A stretch of 64,000 nt of DNA, taken from the NCBI GenBank assembly GCA_043228905.1, contig JBHGNT010000007.1, positions 15,066,001 to 15,130,000 on the forward strand, given 5' to 3'. Position 1 is the first letter of the stretch; every line of letters starts with the position of its first letter. The notes beneath the pieces are model-generated. The model did not search any database and was not told the DNA's origin. It was given only the letters and a program-made list of their open reading frames with translations. The translations under genes were made by a program, and so were the position numbers. This stretch comes from Azolla caroliniana. Its lineage: Eukaryota; Plantae; Polypodiophyta. Positions 36,961 through 48,759 of the stretch are shown here, in pieces.

Positions 36961-39900
36961 CAACAGTCAACATGGTTACAACCGAAATAACAAAAGTACA
37001 GCAGGTCACAACCCGGTCAAAGGGAAAGACCGCTGAGTGGGAAGCCCAGGAGGCAATCAGAAAACAAGCGGCGCAATGGATCAAGGAGGCCAATGAACAG
37101 AATGCTGCAGAAGTCAGAGACCAAAATATGCCAAAAGACGAAGAAATCATAGAGCCAGGAGAAAACCCGACATGGCAAGCGCTACAGGACTGCCAAATCG
37201 TGTTGCCGTTAGCACGGCTACTACAATTGGTGCCAGGGTTTACGGCAGACTTACAGGCATCCGTGAGCAAACAGAAGCTGACGCCAGCACCGGCATTCTT
37301 CTCCAACCCGGAGGAAGGACCAGCGGTGGTCGATACAAGTAGCCCGGCGATCACGGCAATCGTGAAAGGAAAGGAAATTGCTGGAACGATTATTGACGGA
37401 GGCTCCGGGGTAAATGTCATCAACCGACAGACATGCGATAACCTGGGCATCCGGGAATGGGAACCATGCCCCTTCTGGTTACGCATGGCGGACACCAGCT
37501 CAGTCCGACCGACCAGACTTATCCGGGATTTGGAAGTAACGATCGGAGGCCACGTATTCCGGATATCGGCCGTAGTGCTGCAACTGAATGTACAAGGCGC
37601 GTACCCCCTACTGCTAGGACGACCATGGCTGCAAACGACGCATATCAAGCAGAATTGGCAAAAGAACATGATCACATTCCGGCGAGGGAAAATAAAGGTA
37701 CGAGTAACGACGCAACCACGGATGATCACCAGTAAGGAAGCAACTCCATTGTATGCGGAAAGCATCAACATGTTGGAGGGATTACCGGACGAGGAAGTCA
37801 AGCGGTACCTCGAGGAACACCCACGAATCGTCCCACTATTTGAGGTGGATATCACGGCGGCAGTGGAACCGTACATTACGACGCCGGATGAACCGGACCA
37901 AGCAGCGATCCGGGAACTGCGACAAGCGCAGGAATCCCTAGAGAGGGAAATGACGATATCCCAGAGGGTAAAAGCATCTCAGCTAGAGGAGGTGGACCTT
38001 GGCACAACAGACAAGCCCCGACCGGTAAATGTCGCAAAGGAATTGCCGAAGGAAGAAAAGAAGGCAATGATAGCATTATTAACAGACTTCAAGGATGTGT
38101 TCGCGTGGTCGTACGAAGACATGCGAGGGCTGGATCCCCAGCTCTATCAGCACCAAATTCACCTAAGTACGGACGCGAAACCGATCGCTCAACGCAGGTA
38201 CGGGATGAATCCGAATTATGCGGCGAAGGTGAAGGAGGAGATTGATAAGCTCCTCCGGGTCGGATTTATCCGACCGGTCAAGCAGGCAACCTGGCTGAGT
38301 CCGATAGTGGTGGTCCCGAAAAAGAACGGCAAAATCCAGGTATGCATGGACTACCGAAAACTAAATGCCGCAACAGTGATCGATGCGTTTCCACTACCAT
38401 TTACGGACGGGGTGTTAGATGCGGTAGCCGGCCACGAAGTTTACAGCTTCCTGGATGGATTTAGCGGCTACAACCAAATACGAATGAACCCGGCCGACCA
38501 GGAGAAGACAGCGTTCGTTACAGAATGGGGAGTGTTCGTCGTGGTCGTGATGATGTTCGGACTAAAGACGGCTCCAGCGACCTTTCAAAGGATAATAATG
38601 GAAATTTTTGGGGAATATATCCCCGGTTTTATGCAGGTCTTCCTTGACGATTTCGCGGTCTACAGCCGGCACGGAGAGCATCTCGATCACCTCCGGCTGT
38701 GCTTGGAGAAGTGCCGCGAGTACCAGTTGAGTCTGAATCCGGCCAAGTGCGTCTTTGGAGTGGCAAGCGGCAACTTACTAGGGCACGTGGTGAGTAAGGA
38801 AGGAATCACGGTAGATCCGGATAAAGTCAAGGCGATTCTCGAGGCACCAACACCAAATAACGCAAAGGCTTTAAGCCGGTTCCTGAGCCAAATAAGGTGG
38901 CATAGCCGGATGATACGGCACCTCGCAGACTTCGCTACACCATTACATACCGCCGTACACAGGGTACCCTTCCTATGGGCGGAGACGGAGGAGGAAGCCT
39001 ACCAAGCGTTGAAGGTTATGTTGTCGCAAGCTCCGGTGGTGCAACCGCCGGATTGGAGTAAAAGCTTTCACGTCTTCGTCGACGCGTCGGACGTAGCAAT
39101 CGGCAGCGTTCTGATGCAACTCACAGAGCCGAAATGGTACCGACCGGTGTACTACGCAAGCCGGAAACTCTCAAAAGCCGAACGGAGCTACTCCACGACG
39201 GAACATGAGGCATTGGGAATGGTGTATAGTGTCACAAAGTACAGGCACTATCTGCTCGGAAGGAAGTTTTCCTTCCATGTCGACCATTCGGCACTACTCT
39301 ACCTGGTCTCGAAGGCATCCCTGACGGGAAAAATTGCACGATGGACACTGCTGTTACAGGAATTTGAATTCGACATTTTCCACCGACCCGGGGCGCAGCA
39401 TGCGGTAGCGGACTACCTAAGCAGACTCGAATCCGGAGAAGCAGGGGACGGCGTCTAGGATGAGTTCCCCGATGCCGAGTTGTTCCGGATCACGACGAAA
39501 CCGGCAACGGAGGCAACGGTAGCCGATGAAGACACGTGGTTAACTGAGATGCATTAGTTCCTGAGCACCGGAGTACCCCCGGAGAACATGGACCGCGATG
39601 AAAGGAAAAGGGTAGCAGTAAGAAGCAGACATTTCTGTTTGGTTGGAGACACCCTCTATCACAAGGGGGCAGATGGCATCTGGAGACGAGCAGTGCGGAG
39701 CGATGAGAAGGATTTAATCCTCAGGGAAGCCCACTGTGGAATTGCCGGCGGGCATTATGCCGGCGACGCAACCGCTCGGAAAATATGGCAGAGCGGACTG
39801 TGGTGGCCCACCACCCTAAAAGATGCCGTGAAGTATAGCAGAGAATGCGATTTGTGTCAACGACTGGGCCAACCCACGGAGCAGGCCCGGATGCCACACC

Positions 39901-40810
39901 ACCCGGTCTTGCCATTGGAACCATTTCAAAACTGGGGTTTGGACTTTGTCGGTCCCTTCAAGCCACCGACAATGCGAACCGGAAATCGGTATGTCATAGT
40001 GGCGACCGACTATTGCACCAAATGGGTAGAAGCAAAGGCCTTACGGGACAACACGGCCGCGTCCACGGCAAAGTTCCTGTACGAGTGCATATGGTGCCGG
40101 TATGGATGCCTGATCGAGCTTATAAGTGACCAAGGAGGACATTTTCTCGGGCAGGTAGTAGAAAGCCTGACGCCATTTTACGCGGTGGTACATAAAAGGA
40201 GTACTCCCTACTACCGTCAAGCCAATGGACTAGCGGAATCAATGAACAAAACTCTGCAGAACATCCTACGAAAAATCGTCAACGAGAACCGAACCGACTG
40301 GGATTCGAAATTGCAAAGCGCGCTATGGGCGTACCGAACAACGTATAAAACTAGCATCCGGACAACCCCGTTTTGACTAGCATTCGGTTTAGAAGCGGTC
40401 ATGCCGGTAGAGTTCCAGATCCCCAGCTTACGGATCCAGGTAAAGGAGCGCTTAAGTGAGAAGGAGTCCGAACGAATCCGGCTGGCGACGTTGTTGGAAT
40501 TAGAAGAAAACCGAATAGCCAGCTTACTACAACTCGAACTGGAGCAAAGGAGGAGAAAAGTTTTCGTGGACCGACACCGGCGTGGCAACGAAAAGGAGTT
40601 CGAAGTTGGGAAACCGGTGCTACTATTCTAGACACGGATGGGGAACATGCCGGGAAAGTTGCGGTTTCGGTGGACCGGACCGTTCTGGATCACCAAGGAG
40701 TACAATGGGTCGTATCAGCTCGGCACGTTGTCTGGAGATGTCATCGGTAAGTGGGCAAATGGGTTTTGGCTAAAGCCGTATAAGGGAAATATGCCAGCCA
40801 ACCCGTTCAA
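36961..40810 (+). pseudogene. pol: Pol PR-RT-RNase H-integrase with premature stops
   Basis: IIDGGSGVN, FAWSYEDM, LDGFSGYNQ, FLDD, VDASD, WGLDFVGP, SDQGGHF and RWTGPF. Confidence 0.93.
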
Positions 40811-41390
40811 GCAAAACCCGGAAATCCGGCAAGATGAGGAACCTACACCGACGGACACTACTGAAGATATTCGGACCGAGGAAGAACCGACACCGATACT
40901 GACAAAGACTATCCCGAAAAACCGACAGGAGGATCCGGTATCAACGCGAGCCGACCCGAACAAATCGGGGGGACCAGAAAATGATGTGGTCCAAACAAAG
41001 AAAAAAATAAATAAATTGACGTGGGCCAAATCGGCGCGAATCATAGTAGTGATGGGGAGATCATAAGAGGTGGGAGTGCCACCATGCAACGAAGAGGCGC
41101 CATGTAGTAAAGAAGGACGTGTGCGTACTTGCTATTTAAAGCATGGAACGTGGGCACTCACACGCGGCAAGCAAGAAAGGACATACTAATTATGGCGGGA
41201 GATGAACATGCGCGGGAAAAGAAAGGGCGGCTCGAGGCAAAAGCCACTATATAACACACAGGCCTGCGAAGGACTTACGTTTTATGAATTTTCCTACACA
41301 CAGGCGCAGAAGCACAGAGGAGCGATCCGACGCACAGCGCACACACAACCAGATCCCGAACAACAGACAGCAGAAGAAGAATTCGAAACA

Positions 41391-44310
41391 ATGGTATTGT
41401 CGGAGGAGGCACGCCAATGGATGAGGGAGAACGGGTTAAAAGGATTGCTGCGGATCACCGACGCTCCACCACACGCAGAACCAGTGCAGGCGGCAACATC
41501 GATTGATTTATCAGAAATCACGGAAGGAGCGGTGCACGCGCTCACGGGGATAAAAGCAGGAGGACTTCAAACAATCGAAAACCCTTCAAGTGAAATCCTG
41601 TTCGAGTATTTCGGTGAGTATTCTATCAGCAGCAAGTCGTACCGAACACAGGGCGGAGAGAACCTGCTATTCGGAGAAGTGGCCCGCGCCATGATGGAAT
41701 ACGGATTCGTGAATCCTCGTCCCCCGGCCATAGCCAGGTACCGAGCAACGTTCTTAATTGCAGCGTACGAAGGATTACAAGTGGACTGGCTCCATTTCAT
41801 AATCGAAGGATTGAAGGAGGCCATCAAGAATCTTGTGGAAGGAAAAAAGCCATGGGCCGGGATAGCACAATGGCTAACGGTGTTAGTCCCACCGGTGCTC
41901 CCCATCAAACAAAAGAAAAGAGGTCGGCAGGAGACGACGCCGAAAAAGGTCACAAAGTGCCGACAAATCCTGGAGAAACACACCCCCGGATGGACCCAGC
42001 AAGAAGCAAAACAGCGGGGGGAAGGACCATCCCGACAGCAACAGGAACCGGCAACAAAGGCAAAACTGGCAGGAAAAGGCAAAGGGAAATCGGCCGAGGA
42101 GGAACCGGTAGCGCTCAAACCAAGCAATATAACGCTGTGACGGCCAGAACCGGAACCAGAGGTCTTTATACAAAAGGTCCGTCTGGTAGCTGCACCGGAG
42201 GAGGAAGCTGAAACAGAAGACTCATTCGAACCACTGGTAAGACTCCCAGCAAGACAAGGTCGGGAGAGACGGGCGAAAGGACCGGCTCCACCAGTTGACC
42301 AAACTCAGCAGAGGGCGCAAGGACCACCTCCAGTAGCCGAGGTGGAAGCAGTATGGGAACCCGTACCAAGGGAAGCAGCACCGACACCGGTTTTGCCGGA
42401 CTTCAGAGAACCGGTCATCCCAGAGAAGAGGAATGAACAAGTGCCGGAGCCAGAGAGAAGGCCAGAAAAACAGCTTGAGTTAAGGAGTAGAAGTGAGCAA
42501 GGCCACCCCGACATAGGAAGCACAAAGCCACAATGGCTGAGATGGCTTTCGGAGCAGTTATCGGGAGTAGCGGACCAGTTAGAGGAAGAAGAAACGTGTA
42601 GGCAACAGCTGACGCATACAACAACTCAGGAGTTGGTCGCGCTCCGAACACAGATCGAGGAAATGCAAGGGGAGCTGTTGCAGGCAAGGGAAGGAATTCA
42701 ACAAGCACAAGTTGTCACCGAGCCGGTCGGGACAACAAGGAAGCAATCAGAACCGGAACCGGAACCGGTAGCCTTGCAAACCGGCCCTGAGACCGAAAAA
42801 AATAGAAACCTTACGAGAGGAGTTAAAAGCTCAGGAGACATTAAGGGAAAAAGAAAGGGAGCAGCGGAAAGCGGTGGAGGACGACAGACGGAAAATGGAA
42901 GAAGGCCTCCGGAAAGGCCGAGCCACTAATGACCGATTGCAAGAAGAAAAAGAGAAGCTGCAAAAGGAGAAGGACCGACTGCGTCGACATGCCGAGCAGG
43001 AGATAGAACGACTGCAGGAAGAACTCCGACAACAGAAGGACCGGGACGACCGGTTAAGAGCTCAGGCAAACCGACGCCTGAAGCAGAAGACGGAGGACTT
43101 CGACCGTCTCTACCGAGATCACAAGCAAGCCGAGTCGGACAACAAGAAACGGGCAGCAGACTACGACCGGCAAATAGAGAAGCTAAAAGAGCAGCTCAAA
43201 GAGACCCGATTAGACCTGGCTAAGGCAATGGATGAGGTCAGTGCAATAAAGGAAGCATTGTCGGCGGAAATAGCCCAAGCGACGGAGAGAAGGAAGGAAT
43301 TAGAGGCGCTAAGGCGGGAAAAGCTGTATCTGACCAAGATCAGGAATGAAGAAAATGAAAGATCGACCTTCACGATCAACAAACTGCAAAGTACCTATGA
43401 AAAGTAGAAAGCGGATTACGAGGCCCAGGCTCAGATAATGGCCGACATTATAAAACGGGCAAGGAAGGAAAAGCAAGAAGCTTATGCGCATGCTAAGGCG
43501 GGGGTTGACCGGATCAAGCTCATCATGTCAGGTTGGAGTACCCAAGCTCAGGCAAGCATCAACGAAAGTACGGAAAAGCTATGGAAGGAGTGGTCACAAC
43601 AGGCAGCCGAGCTGCAGACACTTCGAGCGGATGCCGAGAATCGGAGGAAGACCGGTGACAAGTTCTACAAGATGGATGAAGAAAGTATCGTCGCCATTCG
43701 GGAAGAATTGTCGGAGGATTTCTACGCTTTAGTGGAAGAACATCTCAAAGAAATCCGAGGGTTGGTAGAGAGGTTGGATGACGGGCAGCTCGCAACTCAG
43801 TTGGAGTTGGAGAAATACGAGCAGGACCGGTTACGACAGGAAGCCAAGGGAAGAACGACGCCAATCACTATTAGTGAGGGAGAGCGACCGGCTGAAGTTG
43901 AACCAACCGACACCGAACAACCCCGACAAGGAATACCCGAAGAAGAACTTCCGTTCGAAGGAAATCAAGAAGAGCAGGAGCAGACCGATGCCGGAGAAGA
44001 AGAAGAGCTGAAACCGGAAGACACTAGAGCAGAGGAAGAAGGCGTACCGAGCCGACCAGTCGAGATCGGAGAAAGCGACACTGGTAACAGAACAGAGCCT
44101 GGAACAGAGGGAGAATAGGAAGAACCCGGACGAAGCGGTGAGGAAGCACCGGCACCACAGAATCAAGCAGAGCCGGAGCAGCAAATTTTTACGGAACAGC
44201 CAACCCAACCGGAGGTCGGAGACCAGGCAGGCAAGGAGCAGGAATTGGAGGAAGAAGCACCACTTGACACCATCGAGCAGAGTATGCTCGATATTTTGGA
44301 GGAAGAATGA
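41391..44310 (+). pseudogene. Extra 3' ORF (about 970 codons): globular N-domain, Pro/Glu linker, long coiled coil, acidic tail
   Basis: ORF pieces 41391-42140, 42342-42929, 42874-43407 and 43438-44118 continue in frame to TGA at 44310. TATA-like CTATATAA near 41247. Confidence 0.75.
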
Positions 44311-44318
44311 GGCCGGGA

Positions 44319-44358
44319 GTGGATTCGAAGTGCAAGGCACTTTCCCACGGGCGTGCCA
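44319..44358 (+). other. tRNA-3'-end-like motif occupying the PPT position
   Basis: GTGGATTCGAA-GTGCAAGGCACTTTCCCACGGGCGTGCCA ends 2 nt before the 3' LTR. Confidence 0.8.
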
Positions 44359-44750
44359 TGTGTTGGCCGGTCAGAAGAGCAAGGACAAGTGGGAAGGCGG
44401 AGTTGGATCGGATAATAGGAAGTAAATAATAGTAGAATTATTATTCGGAGGGACGGATCCGGTATAGTTGTACCGATCCGGATCCGGACCGATTCGGATG
44501 TTGGTTGCCTAAGCGCACCGATTGTAACCTTGCCGGATGCCTATAAAAGGATCCGATGATTTGTAAAGGGTTTGATGGAAGTAATACAAAAGTAATTATT
44601 GCGTGTTTATCTGTATCTTGGTATTGTTTACCGTCTGTGCTTAATTGTAATCATCTTACGCGTGTAACCTAGCATCCAATCCTTACCACCCCTTTGGAGA
44701 AGTGTCGGATAGACACCTGTGTTGAGGCTAGTCCGGCCAGGCATACAACA

Positions 44751-46560
44751 CTAGGTGTGCCAGTAGCTCTTGGTTAAGATTGACGGGTAATGTTTCAATC
44801 TCTGCCTCCGGTTCTTGATCTTGTTTTGAGGCCTGCGTGGATGTATTTTTTCTAGATTTTTGTCTCTTACGCGGGGCCGCGGGGAGACCTTGATCTTGGT
44901 ATTTTAAATTGTGAGCTACTCGCTGGGCTCGTGTGATGACATTGGCGCCGATCATGGAAGTTACAATGGACAACAGATTTGTGCTGACCCTTTTCTTCTT
45001 TTCCGAGCAATCAGGTAGTAAGTGTTCCTTACCGCACCTTGGGAATGATGCTTCTCGTTGGAACCATTCGATAAGATCCGACGACTGTTGGGTGAGACCT
45101 TGTGCCGGTGGTTGTGGGGATGTGTTGAGTGGGGGATGTCATGGTCGTTGTGCCATCCGGTTGTAGTATTCATGTTTGGTTGGGCACTCGCTAACCATAT
45201 GTGGGACTTGGCAGTTGAAACATTTCAATGCTGACCTCCTTAGACCATTGTTGTTGTGATATCCCATTGGGGGCCCACATTGTTCCCCTCTCAGGACGTA
45301 CACTGGTATTTGGTCCCCTTTGAAGTCCACAAAGTGGGATAACACCTCTTCTTCAATACCATACTCTCAGTACAAGTCTTCATATTCGGGGGCGCTCGCC
45401 CCGACCTAGGTTTAGTTATCCGTGGTATATTCTAGTTCGGTAAGGCGGGCGTCGATGCGTGGTAGTGGGGGTTGTTGGGGGAGTATCGCTGGTAGTTGTG
45501 GGCGGCTAAGCGGTGGAGGTGAGCGTGGGTGCTCCACCATTGGTGTTTGGCCATACCTTCCAGTGGGGGCTTGCCAACAGTTCTCTTGAGGATGCATCAC
45601 GAAAGCTTTGCACCACTTACAGTATTGCGGCCGTCGTTGATGGAGGAGGGGACACTCATGTCCTGTGTGGTGGCCGTGGCATACTGTGCACCTGACATTT
45701 TCTCTTTGGGCGTATGCTTGGGGTCTTTCTATACGGGGTGGTCACGGTGGTGTGGGTAGAGTAGGGGTGGGGTCCGAGGATTTCTCGTGGTTGTTCGTGG
45801 GTGCTTGAGTGGGTATCCGTAACCCGCTCATTGAATCTTCAAAGGTCATCACTACTGCGCAAGCTTCAGCGAACGACCGACACATCCTGGCAATCAGGAA
45901 ATTTTGGAGTGTCGGATGGAACAACCCATTAATGAAATGACTCATCAATTTGTCGCTCGGACTACAACGATGGTGCATGCTTTTCGTGCGACGTATGTAG
46001 CCCCTGACCGTTTCGTTCGCTTCTTGCTTGAGGGTGAAAATTAAGTCAATTAGGTTCCATTTATTCCCTCGACGAGCGAAGTTTATTAAGAAATATTTGA
46101 TGACATACTTGAAATCCATGACGATGTCTTCATTCAAGTTTCGAAACCAAATTCCGGCTTGGTCATCAAGTGTAAGCCCAAATGCGGCTACCTTGGTGAT
46201 CTTTGTGAGGGGTTCATAAGCGCGACAAATCTGTTTGAACCTCTCGACGTGATCATAGTATAGGCATCACCGAAACCGAGAAAATGGGGTACTAGTTAGA
46301 AATGGAAGCGCTCTTCCCAGTGTCATTTGTGAGGTTTCTCGGATGGTCTGTGGGTGCGCACTCTTTTTCCATCAATGCTACGAGAGTTTGGATGGATTGT
46401 AGCTCTAGTGCGAGTTCCGCGTTTGGGGGTGTAGGGGTAGCTTGGTCGGGTGTAGGGGTTGTGCCCATGTGTGGTGGTGTCGGGTGTCGTTGTGTGTGGG
46501 CTTCGTTTGGACTGTCGCCCGTTGTGCTCGAATGCGGTACGGGCTGCACTCATGACCTCG
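44751..46560 (-). pseudogene. gag: Degenerate gag of the 38-kb host element
   Basis: LKQEANETVRGY...FINGL retrotransposon-gag motif, knuckle-like CFNCQVPHMVSEC and NVITRAQ. Confidence 0.7.
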
Positions 46561-47035
46561 GCGATGCATGTGCGATGATGTTTCGAGGAGGTGAAGTTTT
46601 TGTTGCACTCGTGCGAATCTATCTTTCCTTTCCACCAAAGCGGCTTCGATATCTCGAGTGATGCTTTCCAGTTGTCCTCCTTTCGTGAGCTGTACTGTCC
46701 ATAGATTGATTTCGTGTTCTATCACCCGTAACTTCTGCGCGACGTCTCGTATGTGTCGCTCTACGCTAAGTGGGTCTGCCATTTAGCTCTCCTATAGTGG
46801 GGGCATGTTGAGAGGTGCTTTAGTTCTTGGGCTCGATGGGAGGTTCATGTTTGGTAGCGTCCCTGGAGTTAGCCACCCTCCGTGGTACCGAGTCGGGTTA
46901 GATGGGATGGCATTGTATGTTTGGTTGGTTTGGGTGGACTCCTCCTAGCGTGTGGGTCGGGTTTTGAACATCTCTGTCCATGAGGATCTGGCCATGTTTT
47001 CTTGTCAAGTTTTGTAGGTTCGTTGAGCTTTGAAT

Positions 47036-47195
47036 CTTTCGTCGAAGGATGATGGTTCGTCGAAGGATGAGGGTTTGTCGAAGGATGTTCTTTCATCGAA
47101 TGATGAGGGTTCATCGATTGATGAACCTTCGTCGAAGGATGTGGGTTCGTCGAATGATGAGGGTTCGTCGAAGGATGATCTTTCATCGAAGGATG
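47036..47195. repeat. 18-bp tandem repeat (GTTCGTCGAAGGATGAGG-like), about 9 copies, in the host 5' region
   Basis: Visible periodicity; translates as repeated SSFDEP. Confidence 0.8.
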
Positions 47196-47427
47196 CTTCC
47201 CTTATCGAACTCTGTTCTTTTGACGAACTTTGCGTGGGAAATTTGAATTTTTTTGGCGCCAATGGTTGTTTCGTGTCCCGCGGGATGATCGTAATCCATG
47301 AGAATCGCGGTGGTTATGCTTGCCGTGTAACCGCTCAATCTCCACAATGTTTAGCATTACCCGAATGAATAGCTTGTTAATGTCCAAGCGAATAAGGGAG
47401 GGTAGTTCAAAACTTCTTTTAAAAATG

Positions 47428-47605
47428 GAAAATCGACTTAATTAAACTATGAACTAGTGAGAGAAAAACAGAAAATCAACTTAATTAAACTATGAAATAG
47501 TGACGGAAAAACAGAAAATCAACTTAATTAAACCATGAAATAGTGAAAGAAAAATAGAAAATCAACTTAATTAAACTATGAAATAGTGAGAGAAAAACAG
47601 AAAAT
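47428..47605. repeat. 43-bp tandem repeat x4 containing TTAATTAA
   Basis: Units start at 47428, 47471, 47514 and 47557. Confidence 0.9.
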
Positions 47606-47692
47606 AGTGGTTCCCTTTCGATTTCTTCCTTCGTTAAGTGGGTTGGCTACGAGTTTTTGGCTACTCGAAATAGGCATCAAGCGTCGGTCGTA

Positions 47693-47710
47693 TCCTTGAC
47701 AGTGGCACCA
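47693..47710 (-). promoter_or_regulatory. Degenerate PBS, possibly tRNA-Asp (Athila-type)
   Basis: TGGTGCCACTGTCAAGGA differs from TGGCGCCGTTGCCGGGGA only by transitions, mostly C>T/G>A. Confidence 0.5.
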
Positions 47711-47716
47711 AATAGA

Positions 47717-48282
47717 TGTGTAGGATCTATGTATCGATGGAGTAAGCTCCTCAATGTCGTTGCGGGATTCAGACCGGTGTATACCCTTTTGATGGCGAAT
47801 CGAGCGGAGATGGTTGTCGGACACCTCCGAGCCTCACACTCACTTAACAACTAATAGATGATTAAGCACAATATCTCTCTCACTCTCTCAAGCTCGCTCT
47901 CATAGACAATGGGGTAATGAATGTAGACAACAAGAGTAATGAATATGTTTATTAACCCTCTTTGCTAAGAGGTCTAGCACCAACAAGGAAGAGAGATTAG
48001 TGTTCTCTAACTAAACACTTCTCTAATCTCTCTTAAGCTTAAAGGTTACAAGGAGGAGGAGAGGAAGCTCTAGCTCTTAATCACTTAGGAGATCTTTACA
48101 AATGGGAGAACCCCCACAAAGCCACTACTATGCGGTTTATATAGCTTTCACATTTAGGGTATGGGCCTTTCACACTTGGATGTCTCTTTGCTTCTTTTCC
48201 TCTTGCCATTCCTCTTTGTACTACGTCCTTGTTGATGCGCTCTTATTCGTGACTAGTTGTGTTGTTATCCCAACGCTTAACA
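47717..48282 (-). repeat. 5' LTR of the 38-kb host element
   Basis: Matches 10298-10601 at both ends; followed by TSD CCATC. Confidence 0.9.
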
Positions 48283-48759
48283 CCATCCATCCATCTATCT
48301 ATCTATCTATCTTAAACACTTCTTAAATTCCCATCTCTCTCTCTCTCTCACACACACACAACCACATTAGTGCGTCACTTCTGCTACTACAATTTCATTT
48401 CGTGTGGTCATTCACTCTATCTTTTGAATTCTCGTCAAGAGGGAAATAACACCGGAAAAGATCATTTCGTCGTCGTCGTCGCCCGCTAAACATTGCACAC
48501 CACCACATTACCACTGGCTACGCATCAATCCACCGCACCGTTGATTATAGTTCGAGTGCGTCTTCGACAACAAAGAACAACCCTACAATAAACCTAAAAC
48601 GGCTAATTCATCTCCTCCATAACCACTAGCAGATAGAGGCCCGATGCTTGTCCGCGCTTGTGTAACATGCACATTGCGACGTTTTGCACGTGTGTTACGC
48701 ACCACACGACACCGTGGTCTACGTTGTAGGCACTGAGTGGGGGGGACTGGTAGGCTCGT

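Larger units (their letters stand above)
34735..44750 (+). mobile_element. Near full-length non-chromovirus Gypsy with large extra 3' ORF and no PPT abutting the 3' LTR
   Basis: LTRs 34735-35093 (first 6 bp and left TSD missing) and 44361-44750. PBS TGGCGACCAC at 35100. Gag, pol and extra ORF all on the + strand. Confidence 0.93.
10298..48282 (-). mobile_element. Large degenerate non-chromovirus Gypsy (Athila/Tat-like architecture, about 12.8 kb without nested inserts) hosting four insertions
   Basis: LTR pair 10298-10601 and 47717-48282. Perfect TSD CCATC at 10293-10297 and 48283-48287. PPT at 10602-10611, PBS at 47693-47710. Gag, PR, RT/RH/IN and extra ORF remnants lie in order on the minus strand. 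Confidence 0.9.

Noticed and set aside
44319-44358. A tRNA gene or tRNA-derived SINE
   Set aside because: Only a 3' portion is present, with no D or anticodon arm and no A-box. Reported as a cis motif instead.
48288-48720. Continuation or end of the LTR begun at 9705, or a third copy of the tRNA-like motif
   Set aside because: Candidate termini (TGTAACA at 48667, CACGACA at 48711) cannot be paired with a partner or TSD, and no TGGCACGCCC match is present.
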